DNA of 64,000 nt, taken from assembly GCA_963843575.1 (NCBI GenBank), contig CAWJKZ010000019.1:448001-512000 (forward strand), given 5' to 3'. The position numbers were made by a program, and so were the translations under genes. Positions 10,555-19,256 of this stretch are shown piece by piece. Source of the stretch: an uncultured Acidobacteriota bacterium (lineage in GTDB: Bacteria > Acidobacteriota > UBA6911). Under the pieces are notes generated by a model. It had not been told where the DNA came from. It did not search any database and saw nothing but the letters and a program-made list of their open reading frames with translations. The stretch's first letter is position 1. Each line of letters opens with the position of its first letter.

Positions 10555-11367
10555 TCACAGGTCACGGCGGGCGAGCTGGAGCGCTCCCACGGCGATCCCG
10601 GCAACCGCCGCGCAGGCCAGGATGAGCAGGTCGCGCGCGGGCGGAGCCGCGCCCGCGATGATGGACGCCGTCGTGTAGTAGTGGAAGGGCGACAGCCACG
10701 CGACGCGGCTCGCCGGCCGCCACACCCCGGCCAGGTAGTCCACGACATAGCTCGAGAACGCCAGGAGGCCGGCGATCAGGGCGGGCGTGCTGCGCCGGCG
10801 CGCGAACGAGGTCAGCGCGAAGGCGACGGCTCCCCAGCAGAACACGAGGACGGCGAGGTTCGACGCCAGCCGGCAGGCGGTCGTGAAAATCTGGCCGGCG
10901 TCGTCGCGGGCCAGCCAGTAGGCCCCCACCAGCGTGCCTGCCAGCATCGCGCCGATCAGCACGACGGTGCAGCCGGCCAGCAGGGCGGCCGTGCGCAGCG
11001 TCAGCGACAAGCGCGTGACCGGGTGGGCCAGCACGAGGTCCAGGAAGCCGCTTTCGATTTCCGAGGCGGCCTCGGTGGCGACCGCCACCGCGACCCCGAC
11101 GAGCACCGCGACGACCGCCATGTGGAAGTACCCGATCGATATCACCCCCGCAAACGACATGACCGAGATCGCCGCAGGGCCCAACGCCTGGCGCACGAAG
11201 TCCGGCATCAGGGTCGCTATCCGGCCGAACAGGTCGGATTCCTGGATGGCCTTGGCCGCGAGCGCCAGCAGCAGCTGAAAGCCGGCGAGCACCGCGCCGA
11301 ACGCCAGCACCAGGGGGCGGAAGCGCCGGGCCGAGTGCGCCAGGAGCGCGAGGGTGCGGCTCAGCAT
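10555..11367 (-). CDS. ABC-2 type transporter permease
   Basis: Multiple TM segments, EIESGFLDLVLAHPVTR, WLSPFHYY. Confidence 0.88.
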   Translation of the reverse strand: MLSRTLALLAHSARRFRPLVLAFGAVLAGFQLLLALAAKAIQESDLFGRIATLMPDFVRQALGPAAISVMSFAGVISIGYFHMAVVAVLVGVAVAVATEAASEIESGFLDLVLAHPVTRLSLTLRTAALLAGCTVVLIGAMLAGTLVGAYWLARDDAGQIFTTACRLASNLAVLVFCWGAVAFALTSFARRRSTPALIAGLLAFSSYVVDYLAGVWRPASRVAWLSPFHYYTTASIIAGAAPPARDLLILACAAVAGIAVGALQLARRDL

Positions 11368-12302
11368 GAGCCCTCCCGGTAGTAGCGCATGACGACGTCC
11401 TCCAGGCGCGGCTCGGAGACTTCCAGGTCGGCCACCGGGAGCCCGGCCAGGCGCCCGACCAGCGCGCCCATCGGGCCCGCGACCTGCAGCGACCAGGAGC
11501 GCGGCTCGACCCCGACGATCCGGTAGCCGGAAGGTAGGTCTCCCGGACCCCCGGGAACCTCCGCCGCGAAGCGCACCCGCACGGACCGGGGCGCCAGCGA
11601 ACGCAGATGGTCCACCGTGGAGAGAAGAGCCAGCGACCCGTTGCGGATGAGGGCGACCCGGCCGCACACGCGCTCGACCTCCGAGAGCACGTGCGAGGAG
11701 AGAAAGACCGTCCTGCCTCGGGCCTTGAGCCCCGACAGGATCTCGTAGAAGGACTCCTGCACCAAAGGGTCCAGCCCCTCGGTGGGCTCGTCCAGGACCA
11801 GGAGCGAGGGATCGGACTGCAGCGCCTGCAGCAGCCCGAGCTTGCGCTTCATCCCGGAGCTGTAGTCGCGCAGCCTCCGTTTCAGGTCCGCGTCGGGGAG
11901 CGCCAGGCGGGACTGGAGCTCCGCACGATAGCCGGGGCGGACGGGGCTGCCGGCGAGCCGGGCCGCGAGCTCGAGCACGCGCCGGCCCGTCATGTCCCCG
12001 TACAGCCGCTGTTCGCCCGGCAGATAGCCGATTTGTGCCCGGACCTCGCGGCCGTGGCGCCGGCAATCCAGCCCGAACACGGCGGCGCTGCCGGAGCTGG
12101 GCCGCACGAGGTCCAGCAGGATCCGGATCGTGGTAGTCTTCCCAGCCCCGTTCAGCCCCAGAAACCCAAACACCTCCCCCGCCGGCACCTCAAACGACAA
12201 CCCGGCCAACGCGACGACCCGCCCATACCTCTTCCCCACCCCCCTCACCGCAATAGAGGGGACGGACCCGGATAAACTGTTTGTTTCTAGCAGCTTACTC
12301 AA
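11361..12302 (-). CDS. ABC transporter ATP-binding protein (start uncertain)
   Basis: GLNGAGKTT, YSSGMKRK, VLDEPTEGLDP, LSSH. Confidence 0.93.
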   Translation of the reverse strand: MSKLLETNSLSGSVPSIAVRGVGKRYGRVVALAGLSFEVPAGEVFGFLGLNGAGKTTTIRILLDLVRPSSGSAAVFGLDCRRHGREVRAQIGYLPGEQRLYGDMTGRRVLELAARLAGSPVRPGYRAELQSRLALPDADLKRRLRDYSSGMKRKLGLLQALQSDPSLLVLDEPTEGLDPLVQESFYEILSGLKARGRTVFLSSHVLSEVERVCGRVALIRNGSLALLSTVDHLRSLAPRSVRVRFAAEVPGGPGDLPSGYRIVGVEPRSWSLQVAGPMGALVGRLAGLPVADLEVSEPRLEDVVMRYYREGSC

Positions 12303-12360
12303 ATTTTCGCCCTCGGAGGGGCTTATTTGCGATTTTGGGCCCTCTGTTCTGCAATTAAGG
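12258..12360 (+). repeat. ~105-bp AT-rich dispersed element, copy 2
   Basis: GGGGACGGACCCGGATAAACTGTTT...GGGCTTATTTGCGATTTTGGGCC...CTGCAATTAAGG. Confidence 0.7.
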
Positions 12361-12407
12361 GCTTGGGAAGCCCAAGCCCTTTTTCCCTCTCTGGGGCTGC
12401 GAACCGA

Positions 12408-13742
12408 TCAGGCTGCGGGAGCGGTGGGGACCACTTCCTGTCTGCGGGGGTCCCAGTAGAGGACGCGGCCTTCGCGGTACGCCTGGACGGACATGGAGAT
12501 GGTGACCTGGACGTGGAAGGCGGTTTCGACGTCCAGGGTCGGTTTCCCGCGCGACCGCATGCAGTCCAGGAAATTCGACATGTGCCAGATATCGACCTTC
12601 TCCAGCGTGTCTTCGACGGGGACTACGGTCTCCGTGCTCCCGAATTTCGCTTTGTAGGCGTCGTCGATGGCTTCGACTTCCGGGGCGAGGGTGATGTGGT
12701 GGTTGGGGGCGTCCTCAAACATGCCGCCGTCGACCATGATGATGGTCCCGAGCCGGCCGCGGATCATGCCGGGGATGTGGCGCGAGTTGACCATAGTGGA
12801 GCTGAGGACGAGCGAGTGTTTGCCGGGGAACTCGGCCAGGACGTTGAAGGTGTCCGGCACCTCGCGCTTCTCCTCGGAGGCCGGGCCGCCGTAGATCCCG
12901 CCGCTCGACACGACCCTCGACGGGAATTCGGGATTGGGCCAGCAGATGTTGAGCGGGGCGACGACGTGGAAGAACAGGTCGGTGGCGATGCCGCCGGAGT
13001 AGTCCCAGTACTTGCGGAACCGGAAGAAGCGGTCGGCGTCGTAGGGGCGCTTGGTTGCGGGGCCCAGCCAGACGTCCCAGTCGATGTGGTCGTCCCCCTT
13101 CGCATCCGGGCCCGCATTAGGGTCGATGCGGTAGTTCCACTCGCCGCGCGGCGAGTTGCGGTGGTAGGAGCCCTGGCTCATGACGATGGGCCCGATCGCC
13201 CCGTCGGCGATGTACTTGTGGGTCAAGTGCCAATGGGTGGCCGAAGTGGTCTGGGAGCCGACCTGGATCACGCGCTTCAGCTCCTTCGCCTTCGCCACGA
13301 CCTGTTTGGCTTCCGCGATGGTGTGGGTCATGGGTTTCTCGAGGTACACGTCCTTGCCCCGTTCCATGGCCTCGATGGCGATGCGGGCGTGCCAGTGGTC
13401 GGGGGTGGCCACGACCACGGCGTCGATGTCGGGACGGGCGAGCACCTCGCGGTAGTCCGTGTAGGAGTCGCACTTGTACTGTTCGGCGTACCTTCTCTTG
13501 CGCCTCTCGTACACGTCGCAGACGGCCACGAGCTTCGCGCGGGAAGGCTCGCTGACCTTGACGACCGTGCCGGTATTGAACGAACCGCGCATGCCGAGGC
13601 CGATCACGGCGACGTTGATCCGGTCGTTGGCGCCGATAACCCTGCCCTGCGACACGGCCGACTGCGCCCTGGGCTTGCCGGCCGCGACGCCGGCCGTCAG
13701 GCCGACCGCAGCCGCGCCCTTCAAGAAATCTCTCCTCTTCAT
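12408..13742 (-). CDS. Tat-exported Gfo/Idh/MocA oxidoreductase
   Basis: MKRRDFLKG, GANDRINVAVIGLG, ATPDHWH, DVYLEKP. Confidence 0.93.
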   Translation of the reverse strand: MKRRDFLKGAAAVGLTAGVAAGKPRAQSAVSQGRVIGANDRINVAVIGLGMRGSFNTGTVVKVSEPSRAKLVAVCDVYERRKRRYAEQYKCDSYTDYREVLARPDIDAVVVATPDHWHARIAIEAMERGKDVYLEKPMTHTIAEAKQVVAKAKELKRVIQVGSQTTSATHWHLTHKYIADGAIGPIVMSQGSYHRNSPRGEWNYRIDPNAGPDAKGDDHIDWDVWLGPATKRPYDADRFFRFRKYWDYSGGIATDLFFHVVAPLNICWPNPEFPSRVVSSGGIYGGPASEEKREVPDTFNVLAEFPGKHSLVLSSTMVNSRHIPGMIRGRLGTIIMVDGGMFEDAPNHHITLAPEVEAIDDAYKAKFGSTETVVPVEDTLEKVDIWHMSNFLDCMRSRGKPTLDVETAFHVQVTISMSVQAYREGRVLYWDPRRQEVVPTAPAA

Positions 13743-13755
13743 CTGCACTCCTTTC

Positions 13756-13860
13756 GGGGACGGACCCGGAAAAGCTGTTTACTCTCTTTTAATTGCAGTC
13801 ATTTTAGCCCCCGGGAAGGGCCTTATTTCGCGTTTTTGGGGCACTTTTTTCGAAATAAGG
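13756..13860 (+). repeat. ~105-bp AT-rich dispersed element, copy 3
   Basis: GGGGACGGACCCGGAAAAGCTGTTT...GGGCCTTATTTCGCGTTTTTGGGGC...CGAAATAAGG. Confidence 0.7.
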
Positions 13861-13983
13861 CCCTGCTCGCCCGACGGGCGCCCGGGAGCATTCTACTTGC
13901 GTACGGGATCTGCGACTTCGAGATTCTTTGTTCCACCAAAGCCTACCGCCAAGGCTCGAAGGACTCGAAGTGTCTCGAAGATT

Positions 13984-15039
13984 CTACCTCCCGAGTTCGA
14001 CGTGAACGGGACCCTGGGCAGGCCAAGTCCTCGGATCCGATTGCCAGAGGACCTCGCCGTCACTCCCCAGGAAAAAGACCGTTTCCCACTCCTCCGGATA
14101 GAACCCTGCGGCTCGGATCATCCCGTCCTTGTCGGATCCGGGATCGGGGGATTGCGAGTTCCTTCCGAAGACTGCCCCGGAACAGGACCCGCAAGGGCAT
14201 CCGGCCAGGCTGCCCATGAGCCGCTGCCCCTGGACCGGTCTCCCGCGTTCAGTGACCCGAATCTCCAGCGGTCTTTCCCGAAGCCGGCGCATCCTCAACG
14301 TGGTCTCCTCCGACGTGAGATACATGATCAGCCGCGGGAGGTCGGGGGTGACATTGAGCGAACCGTCGGGTTTGACGGGAAACCAGGGCGGCTTCTGAAA
14401 CGTGAGCGCGTACTCGACATCCGCATCAGCGACCGGCACCCGCCCGCTCCGGTCCGACGTGGCTTCGCCCAGGGGATCGGCTCCGGAGAGGGTGCCGCAG
14501 TGGTTCCACTCCGACCAGAACATGTAGCTCGACACCCTCACACCCTCGACCGGGTCTCCGGCCTCGTCCAGGAGGCGCAAGGTGCGGCCGACCGGTTTGC
14601 GGAAGACGAGGTCGACCGAAGCGCTGTCGCCGGTCCCGACCGTCACGGCCGCGCCGCGCGGGAAACGGATTTTCGCGGCGGTCACCGCGCCCTTTCCGGC
14701 GCCGTTCCACCCGGCGGGATCCGATCGAATCGCCGCGTAGCCGGGCGCCTGGAGATAGACATAGAAGCGATCGACGTCGTTGCCCCGTTCGGGCCAGCGC
14801 GATCTGAGCCACTCGGCGTCGAGCGGCAGGGTGAGGGACGTGCGGTTCCCGCCCAGCTCGACGCGCCTGACGTCCCCCCAGGCCACCAGGAGCAGTTCCG
14901 CCTTCGAGATCGTCACGGGCGCACCGGTCCCGTCGCGAAAGGCAATGCGGAGCTCGGTCGCGGCGTATGCCGGTCCCCCGGGGGAATCGCCAGCCCCCCC
15001 GCTCAGCAGCATTGCACCCAGCAGGAGTGTGCTTTTCAT
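13984..15039 (-). CDS. Secreted hypothetical protein with carboxypeptidase-regulatory/Ig-like segments
   Basis: Signal-like MKSTLLLGAMLL; LLDEAGDPVEGVRV...TSDRSGRV pattern; Cys motifs NHCG and CPCGSC. Confidence 0.6.
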   Translation of the reverse strand: MKSTLLLGAMLLSGGAGDSPGGPAYAATELRIAFRDGTGAPVTISKAELLLVAWGDVRRVELGGNRTSLTLPLDAEWLRSRWPERGNDVDRFYVYLQAPGYAAIRSDPAGWNGAGKGAVTAAKIRFPRGAAVTVGTGDSASVDLVFRKPVGRTLRLLDEAGDPVEGVRVSSYMFWSEWNHCGTLSGADPLGEATSDRSGRVPVADADVEYALTFQKPPWFPVKPDGSLNVTPDLPRLIMYLTSEETTLRMRRLRERPLEIRVTERGRPVQGQRLMGSLAGCPCGSCSGAVFGRNSQSPDPGSDKDGMIRAAGFYPEEWETVFFLGSDGEVLWQSDPRTWPAQGPVHVELGR

Positions 15040-15086
15040 GGTCTGACGGCAGCGGCGCCGAGCCGCCGCACTGCACATTGAACAGC

Positions 15087-15659
15087 TCACCGCGTCTGGG
15101 ACTTCGCCCGGTCCACGTACCGGAGCGCGGCCGCGTCCAGCCGTATGACGTCGCCCGGCTTGATGAACTGCGGGACCATCACGTCGATGCCGTTGAAGAG
15201 CCGGGCCGTTTTCCAGGTATTGTCCTGCTGGCCGTGCGCGGGGGGTGCGGTCTCCGACACTGCGATTTCGATGATGTCGGGGAAGACGACGCTGACGGGC
15301 TCCCCTTCGACGAACTCCACCGGCAGCTGCATCCCGGCCTGCAGGAACGGGGCCTGCGGCCCGACGACGGGGTTGGGGACCGCGACCTGCTCGAAGGTGA
15401 CCGGGTTCATGAACACGGCCTGCTCGGCGTCGGAGTAGAGGTATTCGAGCGCCTGCTTCTCGACCGGCACGGTCTCGAGTTTGAGCTCGGCCCGGAAACT
15501 CTGTTCGCGAAATGTGCCGGTGGCGAGATTCTTCAGCCGGACGTGGGCGACCCCGCCCATTTTCCCCTGGCCCGGATGATAGTCGCTGCTGACGATCTTG
15601 TAGGTCTGATTCTCGAATCGGACGGCCATGCCCGGGCGCAGTTGAGATGCGGTGATCAT
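15087..15659 (-). CDS. efp: Elongation factor P family protein (atypical paralog)
   Basis: ASQLRPGMAV, RLKNLATG, EYLYSD..AVFMNPVTFEQ, KTARLFNGIDVMVPQFIKPGDVI, YVDRA; tip loop is PGQGKMG rather than PGKG. Confidence 0.9.
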   Translation of the reverse strand: MITASQLRPGMAVRFENQTYKIVSSDYHPGQGKMGGVAHVRLKNLATGTFREQSFRAELKLETVPVEKQALEYLYSDAEQAVFMNPVTFEQVAVPNPVVGPQAPFLQAGMQLPVEFVEGEPVSVVFPDIIEIAVSETAPPAHGQQDNTWKTARLFNGIDVMVPQFIKPGDVIRLDAAALRYVDRAKSQTR

Positions 15660-15784
15660 GGGACACCTCGCTTGCAGATACACTCTACTATAGCAGACGG
15701 CGAAGACTGGGAAGACTGGGACCGCGTCGAGCCGCCGCGGCCCACTTGGTGTATACTCGCGCAAACAATTCGCCGAGAGGAAAT

Positions 15785-16894
15785 ATGCAAACTAGACAGT
15801 TGCTGCGCAGGGTTTCCGCGTCGTTGGCCGTCGTCGTGGCGGCGGCGTTTCTGCTCGTGCTCGCCTTTGCGGCCGGTCCGTCCGAGCAGGCGCTGAACCT
15901 GGCTCACCCGAAAGTGAAGGGCGCGGTCGCCGTCCAGGAGGCGGTCACCCCGGGCCTGATGTCTTCGATGCAGGACGTGCTCGGGACGGCCGTCGCCGTG
16001 GACGACGACGGCGAGGTGGCGATCGTCGTCTACGTCAACCTGGAAGGGAAGAACCCCGCGAAGACCGTGCGCGACCTGCCCACGAGCATCGCGGGCGCCC
16101 GCGTCTCGGTCGAGGTCACCGAACCGTTTCGCGCAATGGCGGGCAAGCCGGGCGGCGGGTCCGTGTCGCACACGGCGAAACAGACCACGCCGATCCAGCT
16201 CGGCACCTCCGGCGGCTGGCGCTACGACCTCGCCAACGGCTACTGCTGCGGCGGGACCCTCGGGGCACTCGTGAAGATAGGGACTACTCAATACATACTC
16301 AGCAACTACCACGTGTTCCGCTCGGATATCGTCTCCGGCGGCAACGGCCGCGTCGCGACCAACGGGGACCCCGTCACCCAACCGGGCCTGATCGACGTCA
16401 ACTGCAATGCCGCCAACGCGCAGAATGTAGCTACGCTCGCCGGAAGCGCGTCGCTGCCAGGCAGCAACGTCGACGCGGCGATCGCGCAGGTGATCTCCGG
16501 CATGGTCCACACCGACGGCGCCATCCTGGAAATCGGTCCAATCTCGGCCTCCACCGTGGGTGCGTCGCTCAACCAAGCGGTGAAGAAGAGCGGCAGGACC
16601 ACCGGGCTGACCCGAAGCAAGGTGAGCGGTCTGAACGCCACGGTCAGCGTGGCCTACGACAACGAGTGCGCCGGGGGGGCCGCGTTCACCAAGACCTTCA
16701 CCGGCCAGATCGTGATCTCCAACAAGGGGAGCCGGTTCCTGAATTCCGGGGACTCGGGCTCCCTGATGGTCGAAGACGTCGCCACGAACCCCAGGGCCGT
16801 GGGATTGTTGTTCGCGGGCAGCAGCAGCACCGCCATCGCCAACCCGATCGGCCAGGTGCTCAGTTTCCTCGGCGCCACCATGGTGGGCAATTAG
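15785..16894 (+). CDS. Secreted trypsin-like (S1/Nal1-like) serine protease with N-terminal pro-domain
   Basis: GTLGALV, LSNYHV (His), VDAAIA (Asp), KSGRTTGLT, GDSGS (Ser), GLLFAG; signal peptide. Confidence 0.9.
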   Translation: MQTRQLLRRVSASLAVVVAAAFLLVLAFAAGPSEQALNLAHPKVKGAVAVQEAVTPGLMSSMQDVLGTAVAVDDDGEVAIVVYVNLEGKNPAKTVRDLPTSIAGARVSVEVTEPFRAMAGKPGGGSVSHTAKQTTPIQLGTSGGWRYDLANGYCCGGTLGALVKIGTTQYILSNYHVFRSDIVSGGNGRVATNGDPVTQPGLIDVNCNAANAQNVATLAGSASLPGSNVDAAIAQVISGMVHTDGAILEIGPISASTVGASLNQAVKKSGRTTGLTRSKVSGLNATVSVAYDNECAGGAAFTKTFTGQIVISNKGSRFLNSGDSGSLMVEDVATNPRAVGLLFAGSSSTAIANPIGQVLSFLGATMVGN

Positions 16895-16901
16895 AACAAC
16901 C

Positions 16902-17225
16902 GTGGGCCGGATACTACTCATAGCGCTCCTGTTCGCCGGTTGCGGCAGGGGTCCCGGACCGGAACCGCCGCCGCAGGGGGGCGCCGTGTCGAAGCCGGAT
17001 ATCAACGCCGTCCTGAGCAGGCACGACCGGGAACTGATGGCCATCCCCGGGGTGGCGGGGGTCTACGTCGGGCTTCTGGACGACGGTGCGACGCCCTGCC
17101 TGAAGGTCATGGTGGTCCGGGACACCGGGGAGGTGCGGCGCAAGATCCCGAAACAGCTGGAAGGCTATCCCGTGGTCGTCGAGGAGACCGGCGAAATCCG
17201 CCCCATGGGGGACGTGCCGAAGTAG
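16902..17225 (+). CDS. Lipoprotein consisting of a stand-alone copy of the upstream protease's pro-domain
   Basis: Lipobox LLFAG/C; [18 protein letters not shown]...[21 protein letters not shown] aligns with the protease N-domain LMSSMQDVLGTAVAVDDDG...LPTSIAGARVSVEVTEPFRAM. Confidence 0.8.
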   Translation: MGRILLIALLFAGCGRGPGPEPPPQGGAVSKPDINAVLSRHDRELMAIPGVAGVYVGLLDDGATPCLKVMVVRDTGEVRRKIPKQLEGYPVVVEETGEIRPMGDVPK

Positions 17226-17237
17226 CCTTTAAAAAGC

Positions 17238-17306
17238 CAGCCACGGAAAGCACGGAGGCACACGGAAACCGAGCCGAGTTCTTCCGAGCTTTCCGTGGCT
17301 GGCTTT
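17238..17306. repeat. Inverted repeat, REP-like family 4 (possible terminator)
   Basis: AGCCAGCCACGGAAAGCACGGA...TTCCGAGCTTTCCGTGGCTGGCT; related CCACGGAGGACACGGA at about 27718. Confidence 0.6.
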
Positions 17307-17405
17307 TGATTTTCAGCGCGCCCGGGCGTTGGGACTATAATGGCGGGCCAGTGGCGCCGGTCGGGCGCCGGCATTCATTCCATCAATCTCGAGCAGGAGG
17401 AACAC

Positions 17406-18761
17406 ATGTCGGGAACGGGCGATTCGGTGAATCGAAGAGACTTCATCAGGAGTGCGGCGGCGGTGACGGCGGCGCTGGGCATCGCGGGGCGCACCGGGAT
17501 CTCGGCGCAGCGTGCGGGCGTGTCGCGCCGGGTGGTGGGCGCAAACGATCAGATCAACCTCGGCATCATCGGGGTCGGCGGGCGCGGGACGAGCGTCGGC
17601 CGCGCCTTCGCCTCGGCGGGCGCCGAGCAGAACCTGTGCCGGGTCGTGGCGGTGTGCGACGTCTACCAGAAGCGCATCGACCAGAACAAGGAAATCCACA
17701 AGTGCGACGGCTACCTCGACTACCGCGAGCTGCTGGCCCGCAAGGACATCGACGCGGTGATCATCGCCACGCCCGACCACCAGCACGCCCACATGGCCAT
17801 CGAGGCCATGGACGCCGGCATCGACGTCTACGTGGAAAAGCCGATGTGCCACACCATCCCCGAAACGCGCCGCATGATCGACAAGGTGAAGCAGACGGGG
17901 CGCGTCCTGATGGTCGGCTCGCAGACCACCTCGGCCGACCAGTGGCACAAGGCCAAGAAGGCGATCGCCGACGGCGCCATCGGCCAGATGATCATGAGCC
18001 AGGGCTCCTACCACCGCAACTCCAGGGACGGCGAGTGGAACTACCGGATCGACCCCGAGGCCGGCCCCGAAAAGAAGGGCGCCGACTACATCGACTGGAA
18101 GGGTGTGGCTCGGCCCGGCGCCAATCGCGCCCGTACGACGCGGACAGGTTCTTCCGGTTCCGCAAGTACTGGGACTACTCCGGCGGGACCGCCACCGACC
18201 TCTTCTTCCACGTCGCCGCGCCGCTCAACATCTGCTGGCCGCAGCCGCAGTACCCCTACCGGGTCATGGCCGGGGGCGGCAACTTCATCTTCAAGGACGG
18301 GCGCGACGTCCCCGACACGTTCCACCTGATCGCCGACTACCCCAAGGGGCACTCGCTCGTCCTCAGCAGCTCCATGGCGAACTCGCAGCACATCCCGGGG
18401 CTCATCCGCGGCCACGAAGGCACTATCATCATGGTCGAGCACGGGCAGTTCGAGGGACGCACCGAGTACATCACGCTGCGCCCGGAAACGCAGGATCATC
18501 AGCGACGCGTACAAGGCCAAGTTCGGCGACAGCGAAACCAAGATCGCCGTCGACCGCAAAGACGCCATGCGCGCCCACGTCCTGAACTTCATGGAGTGCG
18601 TGCGCTCCCGCCAGAAGCCGACCCTGGACGTGGAGACCGCGGCCTGCGCGCAGGTGGTGATCAGCATGTCGGTGCAGAGCTATCGCGAAGGGCGCGTTTT
18701 GTATTTCGACGAGAAGAACTGGAAGGTGGTCCCGAAGGCCCCGAAGGTGATTTCGACGTAG
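17406..18761 (+). CDS. Tat-exported Gfo/Idh/MocA oxidoreductase (frameshifts near 18100-18130 and 18490)
   Basis: [27 protein letters not shown]; [18 protein letters not shown] and KPTLDVETA lie in other frames; close paralog of 12408-13742. Confidence 0.88.
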
Positions 18762-18771
18762 CGGAAACGAC

Positions 18772-19050
18772 TGAACCACCCGCCCCGCCCGCAAAACAAG
18801 TGGGTCCGGGCTTCAGCCCGGACGTCTTTAGATTTGCCCTGTTTGGAGAAGACAGACGAACTCAATAGCGACCGCAAACTGGGTCCGGGCTGAAGAGGCT
18901 GTCCAACGATTGAACCACCCGCCCCGCCCGCAAAACAAGTGGGTCCGGGCTTCAGCCCGGACGTCTTTAGATCTGTCCTGTTTGGAGACAGACGAACTCA
19001 ATAGCGACCGCAAACTGCGTCCGGGCTTCAAGCCCGGACCCACTTGTTTT
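18772..19050. repeat. REP family 1: partial plus complete REPIN in tandem
   Basis: Two ~140-bp units containing AAAACAAGTGGGTCCGGGCTTCAGCCCGGAC and the linker ...ACAGACGAACTCAATAGCGACCGCAAA. Confidence 0.85.
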
Positions 19051-19165
19051 AATGTGAATATCCTTCCCTCAATCACCCAGTTGTGTTATGACGGTTGCCG
19101 ACGGAAGGGAGCGATTCTCCTGAGTCGCTCGTCGCACAAGTCCAAATAGAAACAGAATCAAACAC

Positions 19166-19228
19166 GGTTGTCGTGCTCTACCGTGGGGCGCGGAAAACCG
19201 TTCCCGCACCGCGCTAGAGCGGACAACC
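19166..19228 (+). promoter_or_regulatory. Long hairpin in the leader of the TBDR gene
   Basis: GGTTGTC pairs with GACAACC and GCTCTA with TAGAGC; inner CGGAAAACCG; ends about 28 nt before the ATG at 19257. Confidence 0.45.
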
Positions 19229-19256
19229 CACTTAGCCAATGCGAAGGAGGCAAGAA

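Noticed and set aside
15785-17225. Anti-phage trypsin effector system
   Set aside because: Both proteins are exported, and there is no adjacent NTPase, sensor or nucleotidyltransferase.
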